Assembly: GCA_002104905.1 (NCBI GenBank)
Contig: MCFE01000066.1
Location: forward strand, 62,001 to 126,000
Reading direction: 5' to 3'
Length of the DNA: 64,000 nucleotides
Origin: Basidiobolus meristosporus CBS 931.73
Taxonomy: Eukaryota; Fungi; Basidiobolomycota
Position 1 is the first letter of the stretch, and the number at the start of each line of letters is the position of its first letter. The translations under genes and the position numbers were made by a program. A model generated the notes under the pieces. It searched no databases. It had not been told where the DNA came from and saw nothing but the letters and a program-made list of their open reading frames with translations. Shown here piece by piece: positions 40,301 to 51,865 of the stretch.

Positions 40301-42798
40301 TTGATAAGTACAAGGCTAGATTGGTAGCTAAAGGCTATTCCCAGATCCAGGGACTAGACTTTAAGGAAAAATTTGCTCCGGTTGCCAAGTTTAACTCTAT
40401 TAGGACAGTTATAGCCCTGGCAGCTGTACACAGTCTGGATCTACACCAAATGGATGTCAAAAGAGCCTTTCAAAATGGGGATTTGCAAGAAACTATATAT
40501 ATGGAGCAACCAGAAGGTTTTACCAATCCAAAAGGCCCCCATAAGGTGTGCAAACTTAGAAAATTGTTGTATGGGCTTAAGCAGGCACCTAGAGCATGGT
40601 ATAACAAGATTAACACATATCTAGAGGAAATTGGGTTCTCTTGTAGCACTGCAGATCACGGTATATATGTGAAACAGCTCAAAAAAGGTGTGATCATCCT
40701 AGTTCTTTATGTGGACAACCTAATTATAGCTACAAGTGATCAAGAGGCACTTAATCAGACAAAATCAGATCTCTTCAGCAAGTTTGAGATGAAAGATCTT
40801 GAAAATAGAGCTAATTTCTTGGAATTGAGGTCAAATTTGACATACCTACGCAGAAAATTGGGCTGAATCAGTCTAAGTACATCAGGGACATTTGTAGTTG
40901 CTTCAAAATGGAAAATGCAAGCCTGCAGCAACCCCTATGGACAATAACCTGAAATTAAGCAAATCTTAGCCAGTTATAGATGAAAACGGCTCAAATATGG
41001 ACCAAAACTTTCCCTATCAATCAATGGTTGGTAGCCTAATGTACTTGATAGTGTCTACATGTCCAGATATTGCAGTAGCAGTTGGAATAGTCGGTCAATT
41101 CATGCAGAATTATGGATCAGATCAAATTGCAGCAGTTAAGCGGATTTTCAGATATCTACAAGATACCATAAATAAGGTACTGGAATACTCTGGAGCAGCT
41201 AATAGGCAAAAATTTGATGGTTATAGTGATTCAGATTGGGGTAGGGATCTGATTGACAGATGCTCTACCACAGGCTATGTATTTCTTTATGCTGGTGCAG
41301 CTATTACTTGGGATTGCAAGAAACAACCAACTGTGGCACTATCTACAACTGAAGCCAACTATATGGCTGCATGTCAAGCAACTAAGGAGGCTATATGGCT
41401 ACAAAAACTATTCATAGACTTAGGTTTCAATTCAGGTGAACAAACATGTATTTACAAGGGTAATCAAAGTTGTATTTCATTAGCTAGAAATCCTACTAAT
41501 CATGCCAGAACTAAGCACATTGATATACAGCATCACTTTGTGAGGGAAGCAGTAGAAAATAACTTAGTGGAGTTAGTTTACTGCCCAACTGACAAAATGG
41601 TGGCAGACATATTGACAAAACCATTAGCTAGGCCACAGTATGAGATCCTTAGAGAGAAATTGGGATTAAGAAATTATTAGACTTGTTCCGTTGGATAGTG
41701 CCACATTGAGCCATGAGTGCCAAATGATGCCATAGTGTGCCAGAGAGGTAAAGTGAGCCTCTACCTGGCCACAGAGTGTGAAACATAGCTCCGCATCTTC
41801 ATGCAAAGCAGCCCCTGTGTTTCACCCGTTGCGCAGGAGAAAATCCATTTTTTGACCTTTTTTTGTGGATCAATGTAGCTCAGGATGTGTAAGAGCACAG
41901 GAGAACTGAAGATATGCATCTGGTACTCAATGCCCATGGCACTCTGAATCTAGCTCCTGTAGCTTGTATCATGTCACAAAAATGAATGGCACTATCTTGG
42001 TCCACTGGTACTATCTGGCACTATATTTAAATATTAGCCCTAAAGTAAGATCTATACAAAGCACTTTTAGTGCCAGATAGTACCAGTGGACCAAGATAGT
42101 GCCATTCATTTTTGTGACATGATGCAAGCTACAGGAGCTAGATTCAGAGTGTCATGGGTATTGAGTACCAGATGCATATCTTCAATCTGCTTGTGCTCTA
42201 ACACATCCTGCACAAAATTGATCCAAAAAAAAAGGTCAAAAAATGGATTTTCTCCAGCACAATGGGTGAAACACAGGGGCTGCTTTGCATGAAGATGCAG
42301 AGCTATGTTTCACACTCTGTGGCCAGGTAGAGGCTCACATGGCCTCTCTGGCACACTATGGCATCATTTGGCACTCATGGCTCAATGTGGCACTATCCAA
42401 CGGAACAAGTCTATTTAGTTGAGGGGCAGTGTTGAAATATTGAACTATTTGGTATCATTCAGCAGCTAAAAATTTACTTAACAATTCTAGACTAGTCTTG
42501 GTCACTGAAGGACGCATTTACTGCCTTAACTTTGCCACTTTCTCCAGATATATGATCTTATGATTATTCCCCTATAGTCAGGATCAAATTAGCACTATTA
42601 CCAAATATTATGTACTAACCCTGAAACTGTTACAGAATGCTCTTGAATATTGAGAAACCGTCCCTATTTAGTGTTACAGCTGTATTACTTCTACAAAGGT
42701 ATAAATACTGAGCTTCTTTATGAATAAACAACAGTTCAACTATTATCACTATTTCTTGATAAGTTCCCTATAACCAAATCACTTCTTAAATTGCAACA
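37383..42798 (+). mobile_element. gag-pol: Full-length Ty1/copia (copia-2) carrying a MITE
   Basis: 369-bp LTRs 37383-37751 and 42430-42798 (~7 mismatches), perfect 5-bp TSD GGAAA, PBS at 37752, broken gag-pol ~37788-41680. Confidence 0.97.
41679..42412. mobile_element. 734-bp foldback MITE (345-bp inverted arms, 44-bp spacer)
   Basis: AGACTTGTTCCGTTGGATAGTGCCACA...TGTGGCACTATCCAACGGAACAAGTCT with 3-bp TSD ATT; the empty site is seen in copia-1 at ~6960. Confidence 0.95.
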
Positions 42799-45732
42799 GG
42801 AAAAGGTAGAGAGAAAAGTTCTACCCAAGCCTCATACAGGGAAGCATGCAAAAAAACCTGCAGTTCTTACCATTTAATGTTGTAAGCCTGGAACAAACAG
42901 AATCCCATCATAGCCAAGAAGAATTAACAGCAAGAAAACAGACATTTTCACCAGAGTTAGATGCATAGGCAGTTGAGCTACAATGTCAAGAACTCAAAAG
43001 ACTATCACAATGCCTTCAGTGGAATTTTGGAGCACTAATATGCACACCAAGCAGTTGCAGCACCTCTTCAAGAGCAGTGCACAAGAACCTGCACTTGAAT
43101 ATTTCCAGGATCTATTGCAAAGACTGCAGAAAAGGTACTAGACCTTACAGTGCCAGCTGAAGACCAGGATGTGTGGGAACCAGTGAATGAATAGTGGCAT
43201 AAAGCCATTTGATTCCCAGCAGAGTCATGGAAACAGAGCATTACAGCAGAAATCACAAAGCTACTTGTTGCATGTGTGGTTAGGCTTAATGTTAGTGGAG
43301 GGTAGAGGGACTTATATAGGTCAGTACAATTGGCAATTGAGGTACAACTAAAGTCTCAAGGGAAATAAATCAATTTGTATATTTCAAATGTAAGAAAAAT
43401 GGTTATGTCAGGAAGTACTAAGTATGAAAAAGAGGCAAGAGTCAATCAATGTACACAAACATAGGAGGTGAATAAGTGTCTGGGATCAGAGAGTGAGCAA
43501 ATTGGCCGGGAACCAATCAAAAGCCCTTTATGTATTGTTGTAATGAAAATTTTTGACCAAGATTTTGTAAAATCTGGTATGCATACATTTTCAACAGTCA
43601 CTGCATGGCACCCTGACAGGATCAATACCTCTTAGTTACAGAACTTTAATTCTGTGATGGCCATTTTATGGGATCATTACAATAACCTCTCATAGGAATA
43701 AAAATTCTGGGTCAGCATTGGTATGTAATGAAAGTATCTCAAGGGTAGCAGAAGCTATCAAAGGCATAAGTACAAGGGTGCCATGGCTAAAAACCATCAG
43801 CTTCCTTAAGAGCTTGCCACCAGCAGGGCTGAGAGCTACAAATAAGTGGCAAAGAAATGCCAGGTATGCAGAAACATGCCAGTAAGGAACAAGCTGGCAG
43901 ATAAAAGTGCATCTGTGCAGCATTTATCAAGGAGAAAATATAGTCTTATAAAAGAAGCACTTGGCCACAGCAGCAGAGAAGGACTTGAAAGTGATAAAGC
44001 CTATGAGCTTCTCCAGAGCCCATTACAAGCAGAGCTGAAAGCTCCAAACATGCAGCAAACAGATGTCTGCTTACTGAGATAGTGCTGGCTAAAGACAAGC
44101 AGATAAAAGTAGATTCACCATTGCGGCATTCATTTGTTATAAAGAATTGCAATTCCACCTAAGTATTCACCAAGTGTAGTTACTTAGATCCTCACCTTCT
44201 AGTCCTAGAGAATACTGACCAAATTTTTTACTGGGATCTACTCAAAGTATTTTAACCAAAATATCAGGTACCCAAAACATTAAAATTCTAAAACTTGTCC
44301 AAGCAGCCCCAAACTTTGCACAAATGTTCCTGGGACCTTCCTAAACCTATTGTACATGTTTCTCATGCCAAGATCAGGTAAAAGTATATGTACTACTTCT
44401 ACACTCAATGAATCATTAAGTGAAAACAACATAATCTCTTTATCTCCCCATCACTTAAAATACTCCCAGACTCATACAAAATCACTAAAGAGTAAGCAAA
44501 GTACAATACAAGAAGCACTCAGTCAGTGTTGCAGTCAAAGACTTGGCAGATATTAAGGTAAAGGCAAATAGAAAAATGTCTGCTCAAGCCAGAGACATGG
44601 AATTATGTGGAAAGGCCTGAGATCTAACCAACTAATGTCATCATCCCAAAACAGGCTGAATTCCACTATAGCCAAGAAGAGTTACCCTCAAGACAGAAGT
44701 TATTTGGTCAATAGTTGGAAGTGCAGCCAGTTGAGCTACACTCCAGTAAGCAAGAAGAATTTGCAGAGAAAAGCAAATTGTCTACCACTGCCTGCACATC
44801 CTCCAGTGTAGACAGAGTGAAGATCCTACTCCCTGGGAAATCATTATGATTATCCCATCCAATGATCATCACAGAATTAAAGTCCTGGGACCAAGTGGAA
44901 CTGATCCTGTCAGAACACTGTGCAGAGACCATTGAAAAATAATTGTACCACAGATCTTGAAAAAACTTAGTCAGAATCTTACATAACAACAATACATAGT
45001 GGCTTTTGGTTGGTTCCCTGCCAACTTGCTCACTTTCTGATCCCAGACACTCAATCACCTCCTATGTTTGTGTAAACCAATTGGCTATAGCCACTTTTTC
45101 ACACTCCTTACTTTCTGACTCAACCACTTCTCTTACTTTTGATATGTACAAGTTGATTTATTTCCTTTGAAACTTAAGTTGTACCTCAATTGCCAATTGT
45201 ACTGACCTATATAAGTGCCTCTACCCTACACTAACACTAAGCCTAACCACACACTCAACAAGTACTCCATTACTTAATGCTCTGTTTACATGACTTCAGC
45301 AGAAACCCAATGGCTTCATGCCACCATTCATTCACTTGTTCCCACATGACCTGGTCTTCAGCCAGCACTGTAAGAACTAGCACCTCATCTGCCAGTCTTT
45401 GCAATAAATCCCTGCAATATTTAAGTGCATTTTCTTGAGCACTACTCTGGAAGATGTGCTGCAACCTCTTGATGTAACTATCACTGTTCCAAAACTCCAC
45501 CTAAGGCATTGATAGTCTTTTGAGCTCTTGACATTGTAGCCTTGTCTGTCAGTGGGATCTCCACTCTGTCAACAATGGAGGCTGTGGCAGAAAAATTGCC
45601 TTTTTCAGCAAACTCATCTACCTTGCTGGAGTGTAGCTCTACTGGCTGCGCTTCCAACTCTTGTGAAAACAGCTGTTTCCTTATTGGTAATTCTTCTTGG
45701 CTATGATGGGATTCAGTCTGTTCCTGGCTTGC

Positions 45733-46253
45733 TGTCATGATCACATGACAACCATGAACACCCATGCCAAGTATTAGCTTCCTAGCTCAACTTCTAAGAG
45801 ATTCCATCTGGAACCTTCTACCACCTTCCAGAAAGTTCCTGACCATTCCAAACTATTGCTACACAATGGAACATTCCATGGAAGCTTCCCATTGTATTTT
45901 TCATAGTCCAGTACCATATATGGAAATACCAGGTCACATGACTTAGTCACATGATCAGGTGACCCAAACCATTTCCCCATCCTGTCTCAGTGCCTTGCCT
46001 TCTATATTATTGTCCCCAGCACTGCTGCTGTGCCTCACCCCACAACCCCACTAGTATTAGCTAATATCTCTTGGCATTGGTATAGCCAAAAAGTATATAT
46101 AGTCCTATTCCCCCTTAGGTATTCCTCAGTCTGATAAACACAGGTCTTGAATAAACAGCCTTGCCTTGAATCCTGTCTTGCCTTGATGGACCACACCTAA
46201 GTCCTTTCCTGCCATGCCTAGCTTTTCCTCCTGCCTTGTGTCTATTCACAACA
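45733..46253 (+). mobile_element. Solo LTR, family C (521 bp)
   Basis: TGTCATGA...TCACAACA with 5-bp TSD CTTGC; the empty site is seen at ~51063; TATA-like box ~46095 and AATAAA ~46150. Confidence 0.9.
45810..45849. promoter_or_regulatory. Heat-shock-element-like array in LTR-C
   Basis: Triplets in exact 5-bp phase from 45811: GAA, TTC, cca, TTC, GAA, TTC, GAc, TTC. Confidence 0.6.
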
Positions 46254-47606
46254 CTTGCGGTGTTAATGGGCAAGAACTGCAGTTTTTTTTGCATGCCTCC
46301 CTGTCTCAGGCTTGGGTAGACATTATTCCCTTTACCTTTTCCTTTATCACTACCAGGTCTTCACTGCTACTCTGTCTGAGTGCCTCTTTTAATGGGTTAC
46401 ATTTTCTCCTTGATATATTCTGCTCTGACATATCTGTTTTGGCCTGCTTGTCCCTTGCTGACACCTTTCTGGCAACCTGATGTTTCTTTTCTGCTTGTTT
46501 AAGCTCTCAACCACAGTTGTGACATGCTCCTGTAAAAGCTACAGGCTTTTGTCACTGACAGGTCTTTCACTGATACTTTGACTGAGTGCTTCTTGAATGG
46601 TTCTGAGCATTTCCCTTGATATGTGCTGTGCTGGTGCATCAGCATCTACCTGCTTATTGCTTATAGGCACACTTCTGGGTATTTGGCATCTCTTTATGCT
46701 TATTAAGAGCTTCTGGCTATGCTTGTAATGTGCTCTTGAAGAAGCTGCTGGTAATTAGCCATTGCACCCTTGTTCTTCTGCCTTTGATAGTTGTGGCTAT
46801 CCTTAAGATACTTTCTTAGCATACCAATGCTGGCCCAAAATCTGTTTGCCTGCTTGAATCCAGAATAATGCTCATGGAACTTGAGGAGTCTGCATTATTA
46901 CTTTAGTGGGCACACTGTCAACATGGCCTTTTTTGGATGCAGCCCTGCTTGTTGCACTGAATGTTATAGCAAGCTGTTGTCCAACTGTGCTTCTGCTGCC
47001 CTCAGCAGTGGGGCTTGGTTGAGAACCAGACAACTTTGTGTTATTTTTTCATGGCACACAAATGGTAATGAGTCAAACCAAGGGGGAAATGGTGTTACAT
47101 ATACATATGTATATGGTTCCACAATTTTGTTTATAATGCTTATTATGGCAGATTATCATTGAATCTTACATTCATATAGGTAAAATGTCTCAAATACAAG
47201 GCTGTCTTAAATTCACATGAGTATTGACCAAAAAGTAATATAATAGCACTATGTTGTTCAGTGTCAAACTCTTTGCCCCATAGACAAGACTACTTTGTTT
47301 CAACACCATAAGAGAAGAGAAAAAAGGCCAAGTGGCTATTGTATCAAGCCTTTCAGCCATGAAGCATACGGACAGTGTAGGAAGTATTACTAGGATCATG
47401 GCAAGTGTTCTCCCGCACAAGTAATGTTTGACCATTCATCAGTCACTATAGTACCAACAATATCTTGCTGCCAATTGAAACTTCTATATTGTCACTTTGC
47501 CATCTTTGTAACCTTGCTCAAACTGAGTCAGATTAGATTGTAACACCTTTAGGCTCACCTCAGCCCTCTGAATATGACATGCAGAGTGATATCTCTGATG
47601 AAGAAG

Positions 47607-48849
47607 TGTTGTGTTGTATTATGATTAGTTTGGGGCTTGTTCTACAATGTAGAGGCTAGTCAACAATATACAACAACTTCCAGTATGCTAATACTGAAAT
47701 AGTTTATTGGGAGTTTGATATACCGATAGAAGATATAACTTTCACTAATTTCCTCAATCTTGGGCTCAAAATATACTGTAGGCAGTGTTTATCACTTCTA
47801 CAGCAGTGTTCTGACCTTCTGTCGACTAATGGGCTTATTTACTTTTATAGTAACTTTTCCTTATTTGGAAGTCACTTTCCTTTCTGAGAAAATATTTCCT
47901 AATATGGAAATTCTGAACTCCCCTTTAACCTAAAGGGGCGTGCTGTAGAAGTCTCTAAAGGGGTCTTTAGACCTAAAGCCGTGTCTAAAGGGGTGTCTTT
48001 AGAGTAAAGGGGCTTCTTGTAGTGGTCTCTAAAGTGGACTTTACACTAAAGGGGTGCCTAAAGGGGCTTCTTTAGAGTAAAGGGGTTTCTTAAAGGGGTC
48101 TCTAAAGGGGTCTTTAGACTAAAGGGGTGTCTAAAGGGGTGTCTTTAGAGTAAAGGGGTTTCTTAGAGGGGACTTTTCCGACAGAAAAGTGGTAGTTTCT
48201 TGCAGAACTTAGATTGGATTCTTGTGAGCTTTGCAGTCTCTTTACTGATGTAGTACCAATCAAAGTCAGAATACTCAACAGTGCAAGTGATGCAGGGGAA
48301 GTCTTTTAACCTTTAAACTTGTAATTGTAGTGTGGAGATTCTGGAAAGAGAGGCTCTCCCTTTATTTTTCAGCTGGGGAAGTCATATATATGAAAATTTT
48401 GAAGGATCAAAGTTTTTGGGCAATTGCGCAAGCAATACACGTGATACAAAGCTAAAATTTTGCAGTGGCGCAGATCGGACATAGGCGCAGCACCTGTGAA
48501 TATTTCACGTGATTTGATTGGCTGGTTCGAAAGTTACACGCAATCAAAGTCACCATAGTAATCCTAGCAATAAGGCATAGTATATATAATAGTTAGACTC
48601 TTTTGGTCATAGCTCCTTAAGTACTGCTTCAAATGAGCTGTAATTTGAAACATGTGTTGGCTACTACGTGTTCTGTATGACCTAATATTCTTGGGTGGAT
48701 TGCTTGTCAGGGTCTGGAGCATTTGTTCTTCAAAGTTGGAAATTCTTGATCTTTCACTTGTGTGTTACAATAGCAAAAAGCAAAATAAAGAAATGAGTGC
48801 AATATTGGTTTAGAGATATTGTAGTAATGGAATACTTTCCATTACCACA
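47607..48849 (+). mobile_element. Solo LTR-like insertion, family D (1243 bp)
   Basis: TGTTGTG...TACCACA with TSD GAAG inside the transposase; contains a tandem array, a CpG-retaining patch (48420-48545), ATTGG and TATATATA boxes, and AATAAA. Confidence 0.75.
47931..48171 (+). repeat. 73-bp higher-order tandem repeat (x3.3) built on TAAAGGGG cores
   Basis: Units start at 47931, 48005, 48078 and 48151; 13 AGGGG motifs. Confidence 0.92.
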
Positions 48850-51235
48850 GAAGGCACACTGATGTATTGTGAGCCTATCTCCCCTAACAACAGTACTACA
48901 TATGAACCTGGTTAAATCCCAATATCCAATGAAACAACGCCTATCAAGACAAATGCCAAGGATACTTTATGGAGCCAAGCAAGCCCAGTAGTCCATCCAC
49001 TGGTGAATGATGTAATGTTGTAGCTAGAGAAGTGGTGTGTTTCCACTAATATCAATAATGAGGGCCTTGAGGATTTACTATTACTCCTTGCCACAATCAT
49101 TCCAGGATGCAACTTACCTTATACATGGAACAAGTGGACAACCATCATGTTGCTGGCAACATATGATCCAGAGACTGTCCTGATCCCAGCATGTGTCAGC
49201 AGTTGCATGGTTTTTACATCCAAAAATGCCACCATTGCAACATGTCCAAGTTGTCAGTAATCAACCACCATTGAGGGAAAAAATTGCTCACACTCCAGAT
49301 ATATTCCGGTAGTACCCTGTCTAAAGAAGCTCATGCAGTTCAGCAAATATTACAAAGCACTAAATCACCGCACTCTGTATCAAGCAAGCGCAAATATATC
49401 CAGTATATTTGATGGCAAACATTAAAAACAGCTATGGAGCAAGTGCTACTTTGAAGGTATGCATGAACATGCCACTGCTTCAGCACTTCATGGATTCTTA
49501 TTAAACAAGTACTCTACCAGCAAACCCTGATGGCCACTGATTCTCATAAAGCTGAAACTGCTGCCCATTGTACGGTATCAGAGTAATAATCTGATGGTAG
49601 TCTTACTGATATCTGGGCCTAAATCACCATAAAACCTGGAAGGCAACCTGCATTCATTGCTTAATGACTTTGTATACTTTCCAGCAGGGTAACAGTAAAT
49701 GGCTGTCATGTCAAAGTGCATATTATTTTCTGCATTGGAGACACCCAAGCTATCTGCAAGAAAGCTGCCTTCTCTTGGCACAATAGATGGTATTGCTGTT
49801 GAATGTGTGAGATTCAGGGGATTTACTCCATAACTCACAGACACTATTTTTACCCAAACACCAACACTAAGAACATCATCTTCCCTCAGAGAGAACATAC
49901 AGAAGTCAGCTTGCAATTGCAGCAAAGTTGGCAAGCTATAAGCCAATGGCCTGGGTATAGAATCTATTGGAAGCTAGAGATACTTAGGATAGAGGGTTTC
50001 CATTGGAGCAAAAGCTTTCCACTGGGAGCAATGCATCTGCTTTTCAATACTATCCCTATACTGATGACCAAGCTGTACATGGGGCATTTCAAACTAAATG
50101 ACCCCTTTGAGATACCAGAGAAATTTGAAAGTATTGACATGACATTACAGAGTATGTGCTACTCTAAGTACTTCTCATGGGCACCACTCAATATACACAT
50201 GGGTATGCAACAATAAAAATGCAAAGACAGGATGAGCTGGAATTGTATTTATTCAAGAGGTGTTCTGAAGCCATCCCTATCAAGAGTATATTCAACGCAT
50301 TGGGAGTCACATGTTGACATTGTAGAAATATTTATCCAGAAGTGGATCACCAATGCCAATGTCTCACATCTACAGCTGTGTGTAAGGAGTTTTTAATGGG
50401 ATTTGAGCAGCCATACTACAAATACAAAGCTGAACATGTAGGTCTCTGCCATTACTGTATCCCATACTCTGCTTTATCTTGCTTAGTGTGTGAGGTATAT
50501 TGGGCCTTGCTTCACCTTTTGGGAGCTTCCAATGGAGCAGATATGTAAGGAGATAAGAAGACAAGTTAAGTCCAGGTACTACCATATCCCAATCTCATCA
50601 TGTATAATACTTTAAAGTCCATGATGGATGTGATGAGATAGTACATGGAGGACAGTCAGGAAGAGTTGGAAAATACTGAAGATAGATGAGCACATGGGGA
50701 CACCTATGCCTATGCAATTAAAAAGCTAAGCAGTCCCAATGTGTGGGTAATTAGTTGAGTAATACAAAGGTGGGTTGGGTGCAACAAGCAACTAACATTG
50801 ATTAGGGAAGCTCTACCAAAGTATACCAGTTAACTCTTGGTCACATGCCAACTTTGACACCATTCAATTTTGAATTTACACAAACAAGAGCCAGGGTGCG
50901 TCTGTAAGGGGGACTAAAATTCAGCAGGGAGGAGGAATATATTGGCTCATACCAAAAAATTGCTGAAATATAGCTCAACTGGCTGTGCTTCCAATTCTTG
51001 TAAAAACAGCTGTTTTCTTGTTGGTAATTCTTCTTGGCTATGATGGGATTTAGTCTGTTCCAGGCTTGCGGTGTTAATTGGCAAGAACTGCAGTTTTTTT
51101 TGAATTCCTTCCTGTCTCAGGCTTGTGTCAACATTATTCCCTTTATCTTTTGCTTTATCACTGCCAGGTCATTCACTGTTACTTTGCATGAGTGCTACTT
51201 GTAATGAACTACATTTTACCTTGATACATTCTGCT

Positions 51236-51865
51236 CTAATGCATATGTTTTGACCTGCTTGTCCCTTGCCGGCACTCTTCTGGCAACCACATGTTTCTTT
51301 CCTGCTTGTTTTGAGCTCTCAACTGCAGTTGCAATGGTCTCCTGTAAAGCTGCTTGTTTTTATCACTGCCAGATCCTTCACTGCTACTGTTACTGAGTAC
51401 TGCTTGAGTGGTACTAAACTTGTTCCTTAACAAAGGTTGGGCTGGTGCATTTGTGTCTGCCTGCTTGTCCCTAATTGGCACTCTTCCAGCAACCTGACGT
51501 CTCTTTGATGCTTGTCTGGAGCTTTTGGCCCTGCTTGTAAAAGGCACTAGAGGAAGCTGCTGGTTCTTACTCATGGCACCCTTTTTCTTCTGCCTTTGAT
51601 TGTTTCTGCTATTCTTAAGATGCTTTCTGTGCGTACCAATGCTGGCCCAAAATCTGTTTGCCTGTTTGAATCCAGGATAATGATCATGGAACAAGTCAAG
51701 TGCATTCTGCTTGGCCTTGAGTTCCTGATGATCCCATGGTATGCCAGCCTTAAGGTGAAGGCATGCTTGACTTCTGGTGGTCTCTTGAATATTAGCCCAC
51801 TCTTCATTATTGCACTCAACAGCTTCAGGGATCTTCAATGTCTTTTGACATTTAGGCTTTGGCAT
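51236..51865 (-). pseudogene. Best-preserved piece of the CACTA accessory ORF (unknown function)
   Basis: EEWANIQE..LKAGIPWDHQELKAKQNALDLFHDHYPGFKQANRFWAS, with homologous pieces at 31580-31774, 36702-36962, 43701-44100 and 46260-46900. Confidence 0.7.

Larger units (their letters stand above)
31775..43697 (-). mobile_element. Complete CACTA/EnSpm-like element with CCCTA termini (~5.75 kb net of nested inserts)
   Basis: ATA|CCCTATGAAAT...CTCTCATAGGA|ATA (3-bp TSD). The flanks rejoin as another copy's accessory ORF. Transposase on minus (~32290-35431), accessory ORF on plus (~35654-43500). Confidence 0.85.
15629..44830 (-). mobile_element. CACTA-like copy hosting the central nest (terminus 15629; transposase ~16070-18230 on minus; accessory ORF from ATG 18446 on plus, split by copia, gypsy and another CACTA copy)
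   Basis: Begins CCCTATGGATATTATTTGG. Accessory sequence can be followed across 18559/25728, 25780/30719 and 31774/43698. The far terminus was not found. Confidence 0.65.
44831..50930 (+). mobile_element. CACTA-like copy: accessory-side terminus, accessory ORF (minus), promoter, transposase (plus, ~47300-50930)
   Basis: Begins CCCTGGGAAATCATT, aligning with the 43697 terminus; transposase motifs in ORFs 49803-50216 and neighbours; interrupted by solo LTRs C and D. Confidence 0.8.

Noticed and set aside
47931-48171. TAAAGGGG array as a CRISPR array or interstitial telomere
   Set aside because: There are no unique spacers, only a 73-bp higher-order repeat inside a TSD-bounded insert; the units are irregular and do not match a simple telomere repeat.
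47607-48849. Helitron, because of the 3' hairpin
   Set aside because: It has TG..CA ends and a GAAG duplication, with no TC..CTRR ends.
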